DNA from: Callorhinchus milii
Lineage: Eukaryota
Length of the DNA stretch: 64,000 nucleotides
Direction of reading: 5' to 3'
Assembly: GCF_018977255.1 (NCBI RefSeq)
Contig: NW_024704745.1
Location: 10,540,001-10,604,000, forward strand
In this document: piece by piece, positions 14,488 to 23,990 of the stretch
How the letters are laid out: the number at the start of each line of letters is the position of its first letter
Position numbering within the stretch: position 1 is the stretch's first letter
Translations under genes and position numbers: made by a program
The notes under the pieces: model-generated
What the model saw: the letters and a program-made list of their open reading frames with translations, nothing else
Database searches by the model: none
What the model was told of the DNA's origin: nothing

Positions 14488-17400
14488 GAGGTTGAACCAG
14501 GTTAACGAATCTCTGTGTAACATGGAGACTGACGAAGACAAAGGTCATAAGATGAACATATTTCTACCAAGAAGCATTGAACACGTTAAATAGACCAGAG
14601 CTAAAATAATTAAAAATCAAGTATGATATTTCAATCCAGTGTTCTGTGCCAAATAATAATATAATAATAATTCTTGCATTTGATATAGCGCTTTATCATG
14701 TCGTTGAGACACCTCAAAGGGCTTCACGGAATACACTGTAAACTGGATTGAGTATTTGGAGGGCGAAACGTGGCAGCCAATTGCATACAATAGTGTCCCA
14801 CAAGCATTCATGGATTTAGGGACCATTCACACCCATTGCCCCAGGCATGAAAATATACAGATAAAAGGCCAAACAAATTGATCAAGGATCAATGTCTGCG
14901 GGAAATAAAAGTTCCACAAATGTTGAAAATATCAACTCTCAAGGATTAACTCACTATTTATGCTGTCTGAAGTGTTATCTCCAAGTGAAGCGCTATATCC
15001 CAATGAAGAACTGCCTCCCAAATGGACATCACCTGGGAGTCTGCCTCTTGTACTCGAATATGCCTGAACTGTTAAAATCACTTACTGAATCACACTTCAT
15101 AAATCCTGTTGTGATACCACTTAAACATCCAGTATAAAAAAAACTATCTCACAATCCACAACTGAACTGAGGACTTAACGTGAAATAAAAAAAGACAAAT
15201 TTAAGACCTGCTGTCACACCAGTAAATACTAGTAAATAACTATCTCAGTAAATACTGTTACCACTTCCTTATTTGGAGATAGATTTTTTTGAAAATATAT
15301 ATTTATTTATAAATATAATATTTGGTCAACAGAAATCCAAAACAAACACAACGTGCAACATCTTCTGTTACAATTTTTCCCTTCTCTCCCGATACAAAAA
15401 ACACTCCGTTGTTTACGGTACATTCCTTCACCGCACATAGGTTGTGCATACGTGTTTGGGAATCTCTCTTTAAAACAGTCGGGAGTCGCCACTATACAAC
15501 AACAACAATATTACATTTATATAGCACCTTTCATGTTGGGAGGACGTCCCAAGGCGCTGGATGACAGAAAGAGTTTCAGACCCGAGCTGGGGGTCGGGGA
15601 GGGTGGAGGGCAGGGGAGGAAGCAGGGAGATCGAAATATATATCTAATATATATTTATATGTAATGTATACACAGATGGATGGACAAAGTGCTCACCTCT
15701 GTCTGCCAAGAAACAAGCTCTCTCTCTGACTGTCACAAGCAGTTCATGGGTGACAAACTTGAGGGAGTTTTTACATCCTCTGCCACTACCCCCTGGTTCA
15801 CATTAGTCAAATCACAAAAATTCCCCCAGCATTAAATCTACCTAATCCCACAAGACGGGTCAAGGTTAAAGCAAATCACGTTTCCTGCACTGTATTTTTA
15901 AGCCATTTAAGTATGGTAATATGCAATACAATTTACAGTGCAATTCACATTTACATAGTGTCTTTTCCATGTTCATGTTCGGAAGGTGTCTCAAACCACT
16001 CGACAAGAAAACAGTTATCATATAAGACAATGAAATTGAGGCTTATGTGAAATAAAAAGACCAGAGTAAGACTTGCTATCACGTTAGGACAGTAACTCTC
16101 AATAAGTTCTTTGATTCATTTTTTATCTGGACTCAACAGAACTTTGCATATTTAAGAGGGAAGTTTCTTTCACTTGCTTCACTTGATTGGGGCACCTCAT
16201 TTAGAAAATAAGACAGCTCTGGAGGTAAGGCAAAACCCAGTCACCAAAGTAACTCCATTCCATCTATAAGATCCTCAGGTCAAATCTTTTTTATTATTTT
16301 TTTAAAGGAATTATTACCCCGAAAAAGTGATCGACCAATCGGTTAACAACCGGGTTCCTACTTACTACTAGGTAAACGAGGCGTGTGGAATAAGGAAACT
16401 TGCTCAACATTTTGCCCTGCCTGGAATCGAACTTGTGTCTCTTGCTTACGAAGTGAGTGCTCTAACCACTGAGCTACAGTTGCTTTGAAAACAACCACCA
16501 TACTAGATAAGGTTTGAGTGCCCTTTCTATGTTGAGGAGTATTTCTTAGATCAATGATGGCCACGTCTTATCCAAACTAGTGCAAATGTTCAGGGGAGCG
16601 CTCCTTGATGGCTCTGTGGGCTCACTGGTTGGTTACCACTTTCTTAGACTGACCCAGATACTGCAGTTAGCAGCTTTTGATATAGCTCACAGGGCATTTA
16701 CCTAATTCTTCGAAGACTACATTGCTGTGGGTCGTAATGGAGATAGTTGTGGTGTAATAAAGTGGGTTACTGAAACCATTCAGTGCTTCTTTAAAACAAT
16801 GAGCCTGACAAGAGAGAATAGAAGGGAGTTTCTCCTGGTATTCCTGCAAACAGTATTCCAGGTGAATTGTTCCGTCCCCTTATGGCTGCTTGTTGGCTGC
16901 TTGCTGTGTGCAAACCAATTGGAATACATGATCAGTTACTATACTTGACAGTAATTGTTGTAAGTGCTATGAGATGTTCTGAATTGATAAGACACTATAA
17001 AAATGCATGTCCTTCCTTTCTTAACATCCTCTGTAGATGACTTATCAGCCAGCTCGCCTGAAAGCAGACGACATTCTAGAGAGAATACAAGACAAGAATA
17101 GGCCCTTTGGTCTCGTCCTTCTATAATGCCCACCCTTCTCTCTTCCCTTTACAGCAGTAGGCTGTAATGTAAATGGTCTCCAGCACTTTCCTTGTAAACC
17201 GTTCCAGCTGTTCTACATTAGGATACGCCAAGAGAGTAGAACACAACAACAACTTGTGTTTTTATAGCGGCCCTTCATGTGGGTAGCGTCACGGTGTAAG
17301 TAACAACAGCAGCGTGGGTTGATGAGGCATCATAGGTTTAGAGTTGTAAAGGATAATTGCAGGACAGACACAAGGAAGGTTTTTTTTAACAATCCAGAGA

Positions 17401-17634
17401 GTAATCAATGACTGGAAAAGGTTGTCAGGAAGCGTGGTAGAGGCCAGGACACTGGACTCATCTTAAAAAAGCAGCTTGATGCTGTGATGGTAGGGTAGGT
17501 GTTCGGGAGAGATGAAATCGGATGTGCCGAAGGGCCTTCTTCAACCAAATCAAGCTTGTGATCTTGTGACACAATGAGCCGAACAACCTTGTTCAAATCT
17601 CTTTGGTTTTATCTGGCCCAAAGGTCACCCTTAT

Positions 17635-17978
17635 ATAATAATAATCCTTGCAGTTGATATAGCTCCTCATCACATCTTTGAGATGTCTCAAAGCGCTTCA
17701 CAAAATATACTGTAAAGTGAATTGACTGTATTTTTGGCAGAAACGGTGCAGCCAATTGTGCACAGCAGTGTCCTACAAACAGTCATGGATTGAGTGACCA
17801 AATTATTATTTTTTTTAAATTTTGGGGTGAGGTCTTATTACCCATGAAAAGCGATCCGCCAATAGATCAACAATTGGGTTCTTACTTACTACTAGGTAAA
17901 TGGAGGCATGTGGAGTGAGGGACCCAGGTTCTCTTGCTTGCGAGGCGAGTGCTCTAGACACGATGCTACAGGACTCCA
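17635..17978 (-). mobile_element. tRNA-derived SINE, older long-form copy abutting the 17982 copy
   Basis: Diverged head, the extra cctagtagtaagtaagaaccc segment, core and tail. Confidence 0.75.
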
Positions 17979-17981
17979 CAT

Positions 17982-18303
17982 ATAATAATAATAATAATAA
18001 TCCTTGTATTTGATATAGCGCTTTTCACGTCGGGAGGACGTCCCAAAGAGCTTCACAGAACACACTGTAAAGTGAATTGACTGTATATTTGTGGGCGAAC
18101 GCGGCAGCCAATTGCGCACAGCAATGTCCCACAAACAGTCGTAGATTGAAAATGACCAATTTATTATCGTTTTGTTTTGGAGGGTTTATTATTAGGTGTG
18201 TGGAGTAAGGAAACTTGCCCAAGGTTTCGCCCTCTGCCTGGAATTGAACTCAGGTCTCTCACTTGCAAAGTGAGTGCTCTAACCACTGAGCTACAGGACT
18301 CCA
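17982..18303 (-). mobile_element. tRNA-derived SINE, young short subfamily, full length
   Basis: Head GGAGTCCTGTAGCTCAGTGGTTAGAGCACTC...GAGTTCAATTCC (tRNA-Ala-like A/B boxes), conserved core, L2-type stem-loop, (ATT)n tail. Confidence 0.88.
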
Positions 18304-18750
18304 CAAAACCCACTTTGACCCAGTCTCCTGAGAGATTGTTGAAGTCAGGTTTGACGGATTTGATTCAGAGTTCACAGAATGAAAAGAATGATCCCCACCC
18401 CCCCACAAAAAAAATAATCCATAGTGTCAAACTGGAAAACAACAGAATAATCCTTAAATAAATAAAGCTTTGGCAGCGAGGAGCTTGTGTTATTCAAATG
18501 GAGAGCCAGAAAAATTTTGCAAGTACCCGTTCCAACCTTAAAGATTATTAAACGCTGTGGGACAGCCTTTCGACATGAAAGGCACAATAGAAGTATAAAC
18601 TTGTATTGTATCATTGAGTATCTAGAGTTAGAGATGATTTACACTACTTTACTATTCTTATTTTACTATAGCAATGTTTTTGGAAACATAAAACTAAAAC
18701 AACAAACTGTTACCAAAATATTATGGCTCAAGAAAGGTTAATTTAATGAA

Positions 18751-18780
18751 AACCACATCACTTCATACTTCTAACGGAAA
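18751..18780 (+). promoter_or_regulatory. Possible RUNX and ETS-like motifs upstream of the gene B start codon
   Basis: AACCACA at 18751-18757 and CGGAAA near 18775, about 80-110 nt before the ATG. Short motifs that can occur by chance. Confidence 0.2.
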
Positions 18781-18858
18781 CTCACTGTACGATTTCCACC
18801 CACTGAACAAGACCATAGTAACGTTTTGTTGTCCTGCGACTGTTAATTCCTCAGGAAA

Positions 18859-21800
18859 ATGACTTTGCTTGATACCTGTTCTGCCATGTGGATATTCATC
18901 ATGGTTTTCTTCGGTAAGAAAGTTTGATTCCCTAGGAAATGTTAGTAAGGTTGTGATGTTAAAGATACAGGAACACTGCACTTTAACGTGTAAAGATATT
19001 TTCTGGTTAAACTGTGAGCGAGTGCATGTGGTCAGAGGATTGTAATTGGGTCATTAACATTATGGCTGTTTATGGATCTTGCTGTATTCAATTTTGTTTG
19101 CTTACAGATTACACAGTCACTGCACTTAGCAGTATATCCTGTGAAGTGTTTTGAGGCATACTCCTGACGTGAAATGCGCTATATCAAATGTAAAGATTAT
19201 TGTTACCATTGTACGATTTGACTAAGATTCTTGGCATCAGTTACCTGAACACTATACAGTCTGCTGAAGCAGAGTTTTGACATGTTAGAAAATACTAATT
19301 TTTTTTAATTTGAAAGTGGGCTCTGGCTTTGCAGTAAATAATCCTATGAGTCACTTTACCACTTGTGAGACAGTCATCACTTTGTCAATCACACTTTGAC
19401 CAACATGTTTCTCTTGTTATCGGTATTAAAATCCAACAAAGAACGTTGGAAACTTTGGGGCTGAAAACCAACTCAGCCTGAAAACAAATGCAGTCTGAAC
19501 TCGCTTAACAGCCAAGGAGTATTTGCAAGCATTCTTTGACCCATTAATATTGCTCTAGATATAAATCGACCTAGATATAAATGATACTCTTCGACCATGC
19601 TTTCAGTCATCATTTCCCTCCCCATGACTTCCACCCCCAGCTCGGGTATCCATTCAGCACTGTGAAGTGCTTTGAGACAATCTCCCGACATGAAAGATGC
19701 TACATAAATGTAAATTGTATTTGTTGTGGAGTTCTATAGCTTAGTGGTTAGAGCACTTGCCTCGCAAGCGAGAAACCTGGGTTCAATTCCCGGCAGGCCG
19801 AAACATTGGGCAAGTTTCCTTGCTCCACATGCATGATAATAATCCCTCAAGAAAAAAAATAATTTGGTCACTCAATCCACGACTGTTTGTGGGACACTGC
19901 TGTGCGCAATTAGCTGCCGCATTTCGCCCACAAATATACAGTTAATTCACTTTGCAGTATATTCTGTGAAGCGCTATGAGACGTCTAGAAGACGTGAAAA
20001 GCGTTATCTTAAATGCAAGGATTGTTATTATTATTGTGCTGATGATCTAATTCTGAACCTATCGTCACAGCAACAGGCAAGACTTGTGTTGGGACCGTTG
20101 AAGAAAAGCTGAGAGTGTTAGCCTTTATTTCCCATTTATTTGGGTAAAATTTGTGGTGTTCGGTTACACCTTCCTTGTAATAATAAACCCGAGAAACACG
20201 TTACAAAATACCACAAAACATACCCGTTTTCTCGAACACAGTTCATGTAAGTCAAAAAACTGCTTCACGTTTACTTTCCTATCAGTCATCAGCCCAAGAT
20301 TTCTGACAATTTACCTATTAAGCTGATTTTAAACCATAATTTCAGGCTCTGTCACCAGACTACTTCAGATATTGTCTGCTAAAATGAATTCAGTATCTTT
20401 GCCAGAGCCAATATCAATATTGTGACAATTTAAAAGCAATTGTCTCAGCCATTATATTCATACATAAAAGAAAACATGGGAACGCAGTGTGCGTCCCTCC
20501 AGGGAGACAGTGTGCATTCCATTCCAAACAGAGAAATTCCTATGGCACACATTTGTGAAACTTTCTGCTTTGAACACTCTTAAGCATGGAGATGGATTTG
20601 CTAAATACTAGACGAATATATTCTGTGCTACATTCTTAGTAAATCTAGATGTCAACGCTCTTGTCTCTGAGTCAGAAGGTTATGGTTTCAAGACTTTGAG
20701 ATGCCTCTGCTGTGTGTGGCTGGGGTCACCCTACATTGTCAGAAGTGCCGTCCTTTGGATGAGACATTAAACTGAGGTCCTGTCTGCCTATTCACGTTAA
20801 AGATCCTGTGCCAATATTTGAAAAGAGAAGAGAGTTTCTCATGGTTTCAAAGTTCCCCAAGCCCAAATTAAGGCTCCTTCTGGACATCATACAAGTCACT
20901 CTAACTCGTGAGAACTTTACTCAATAGATTGAGTTGGTGTAGTGTTATTGCAAGCCATTGTTATGGACTTACATTAAGAAATTCATTAAAAATAACGTGA
21001 AATATAACAAGGTACAGTAAATTGCCTTTAGATAGCTTTAATTCAGTCTCCAGTGTAAACCTGCATCCTCCCAACGTGAAAGGCGCTATACAAATGTAAT
21101 TTTGTATTGTAGTCAAAGTATTGATTAACTTTGTGATTTCCATGAAAAAGAGCTGGCAGGTTGTCAAGACTGGGTTCTACAGGAGCCAGCGGTTCTTCGA
21201 GTTTTAAAGGGGCAGAGTGCTGAAGTCACCTGTTCATACAAAGGAGTTGAGGCTGAAATGATTGCAGTTTCCTGGAAGCGGAATGCATGGAACAGCCCTG
21301 TGTGTAGAATCCTGTATGTGAATCACACACAAATACTGTCTCCTGCGTGTGACAGCCGAGTGAAGGTCGCCTGGAACACAAGTGCTAATTTTATACGTGT
21401 TTCCACTCGAGATGTCCAAGTGGAAGACACAGACTTTTACTACTGCAAGATTGAATTCCTTATACCTCAGCCTGTAAGACAAATATACGGCAACTCAACA
21501 TACCTCAGTGCAGAAGGTATGGATAACAGTATTGTTGTTTTTTTGATAAAGAGCTCTCATGTGCATTTTTTTACCGAATGTTGCCCATTGTTATTAAGAA
21601 TAGAAGTGTAAAATATAACTACAGTAGCTATCAACAGAAAATTTCCTGTACAAGTTTCACTTTGTTTGTCTCTTGCTTGTCTATTGTGTATTGTCTATTA
21701 TCTGTTATTTTTATTTCTCCTTTTGCCTTTCATTATCTCCTCTGTTTCTTTCTTTTTCTCTTGGGAATAGTTACACCTCTTTGTTGAAACACTTTTTGTT

Positions 21801-23990
21801 TTGCCTTTTTTGTTTAAACGGTTCTTTTCCCCTTTCAGCTTCTCTGTAGGATGAGCAGTTTGTGAACAGATTTGCAGTTCTTTGTGAAATCCATTGTCAG
21901 CATAGAATCAAACTGGTTGGAGAATTTACAGTGAGAGATCCCATATATTATTGAGATTTGTCTCTGGCCCATATATGTCAAAAGATCATAGAGGTGTACG
22001 AAATTTTAAACAGGATTGAAAAAATAAACCCAGACCATTAATTTGAAACAGTATAAGAGGACATGGGTTTAGAGTTGTAAAGGGTAATTTCAGGCAGACA
22101 CTGGGAAGTTTTTCTTTACTCAGGGGATAATTAACAATTGGAACAGTTTGCTAGTAAGAGTGGTTGAGGCCAGGACACTGGACTCAGTTAAAAAAGCAGC
22201 TTGATGCTATGATGGGGGGAATAGTCGGGTGGATACGAGAGAGATGAAATCAGATGGGCCGAAGGGCCTTCTTCAATCTTGTGACCTTGCCAAATGCTGC
22301 AAAAGAAATCTGTCCCAATTCTTTTTCCAATGCAACAAACGGTATGTCCCTGTTATTGACCAGTTATGTTTTCTTTATCCAGCTTCTCCAGATGTTAGGG
22401 TGGAGTTTCATCCCTCAGGCATGAATCACTGCTGCATACAACTGGTTTGTTTGGCAGAGAATTTCTACCCGGATAACATCGTTCTGAGCTGGAGTAAAGA
22501 AGGAAGCATAATTCCAGAATGGGAGAACTTGGAAATTCTTAACACGTCAAACCAAACCTTCTCTCAAGCAAGTTATCTGAAACTTTCTGATTGGCAGGAG
22601 GGAGATGTGTTTTCGTGCCACGTTAATCATTCCTCATTACAGTCTCCTCTCATCAGAGACATAATCATACCATTCAATGAGCAGAACAAAGGTATTTGTA
22701 CTTTTACAATGTCCTTTCCCTTCCCCTTTAAACTTCCATCTCTGCTGCTTTCCAGCTTTCTCCCTGTTTTCCAGTTGGTTGCTAGACTTGTTCGTTGTAT
22801 CAATTTAAGATTTAAATGGACTCCAAGATTCTCCCCCATGTGAATGGCGCTATATAAATGCAACTTGTTGTTGTCGTTGTGAAGGTTTAAGGGGGTTTTA
22901 GTCTTCTCTCATCAGGGAAAGCAAGTGTCAAAAAAATCCATTGGTTTAATTCTATAAACTCAATGCAAAGATACGAACATAAATCAGGCCAATATTATCC
23001 TATGCTTTAGGCATTTTATTAACAAGAAGGCCAGTTTCCTAGGTTCCTCTAATCAATAATAGTTGATTCAGATACATATGGGCACACTCTGGCTTTTAAT
23101 CGGTACAGTTTGAAGTTCCAATTTATCACAGCATGCAGGTACAGGTAGGACGGTGGACGATCTCAACCAGGATCCTGTGAAGCAGGACTCAGGTGGTCCC
23201 TCTGAGGTTCATTGACAAGCATTTCTGTCCCGCCATCACTGAGTAGACAGTCAAAATGGCAGACAAACGCCAAAAGAGCATTTCGAACCAAACCGTTCTG
23301 CCAAAGTTGGGTGTTGGACGGTGATGATTGTCAACTGAAATTCTGCCATTTGATCTAATGGCCTTGAATCCATTGTGAAACATTGCATTTTTCATTGTTC
23401 AAATGTTGGCATTTATATACAGTAGCGCCCTTCACACCGAGTAGGTTTCTTGAAGCACTTAACAAGGGCATAGTTTAACACCGAGCCAGGGAGAAAGCGA
23501 AGGTGACCATAGGCGTTCAGCAGCTATGAATGACTAATGATTTGTTAATGGAAACAAAGAATTCAAAACTCCTTTTCTTTTTTCAATTACAGGAATCAGA
23601 ATTTACATGTGGGCAACAGTTACCTGCCTCATTCTAATTTTAGTGATTGTGGTTGGATATGTCCTATTTAGGCGCTCAAGAAAAGGTAAAAATTGGATTA
23701 TTGCAATTTTTGCTCGGAAATCTCATTCTAAAGACACAATGATTTTCACATCAGGAGGGGAGGGCATCTCAAAGCCCTTCACAGGATATACTGTAAAGTA
23801 TGTATGGTAAAGATAGAGGAATGATGGAAAAAAATGACATTGTATCTGTCTTACACTGATGTGATTTATTTTGTTTCCCCTCATTTCTGCAGATCCCCAG
23901 ACTGAACCAGTCTATGTCAACTTTGTGCCTGAATCGACAACAAAAGACTCCAAACTAGATCTGATTTACAGTTTTCTTCGCACACCCTAA
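18859..23990 (+). CDS. Intact 5-exon type I membrane IgSF receptor (gene B): leader-V(J-like)-C1-TM-Tyr tail; CD28/CD28H(TMIGD2)-like V domain
   Basis: Exons assembled by hand, all GT-AG and phase 1: leader 18859-18913 (MTLLDTCSAMWIFIMVFF); V 21160 (or in-frame 21151)-21516; C1 22383-22691; TM 23593-23685 (IYMWATVTCLILILVIVVGYVLFRRSRK); tail 23893-23990 (DPQTEPVYVNFVPESTTKDSKLDLIYSFLRTP*). Total 912 nt (921 with the upstream acceptor), open frame. Confidence 0.88.
19727..20035 (+). mobile_element. tRNA-derived SINE in intron 1 of gene B
   Basis: tggagttctatagcttagtggttagagcac...gggttcaattcc head, core, (ATT)n tail. Confidence 0.8.
21160..21516 (+). CDS. V-set Ig exon of gene B
   Basis: CQDWVLQEPAVLRVLKGQSAEVTC...VSWKR...PVCRILYVNHTQILSPACDSRV...DTDFYYCKIEFLIPQPVRQIYGNSTYLSAE. 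Canonical C-W-C, D-x-x-x-Y-x-C, an extra Cys pair, donor GAAG/GTATGG. Confidence 0.92.
21985..22290 (+). mobile_element. CR1 LINE 3' fragment (sister copies 17320-17570 + and about 43150-43500 -)
   Basis: gaggacatgggtttagagttgtaaagg...gaggccaggacactggactca...aagcagcttgatgct...gggccgaagggccttcttc shared with the 17.3 kb copy. Confidence 0.7.
22383..22691 (+). CDS. C1-set Ig exon of gene B
   Basis: QLVCLAENFYPDNIVLSWSK...TFSQASYLKL...FSCHVNHSSL has the C1 hallmarks (CxxxxFYP, WxK, CxVxH). Phase 1/1 splice sites. Confidence 0.93.

Noticed and set aside
18240-18303. tRNA-Ala-like sequences (many copies)
   Set aside because: These are SINE heads: they lack a pairing acceptor stem and continue into the SINE body.
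21160-21560. Recombination signal sequences around the V exons
   Set aside because: No heptamer-spacer-nonamer next to either V exon; isolated CACAGTG/CACTGTG (e.g. ~6107) lack a nonamer. The genes are germline-joined.
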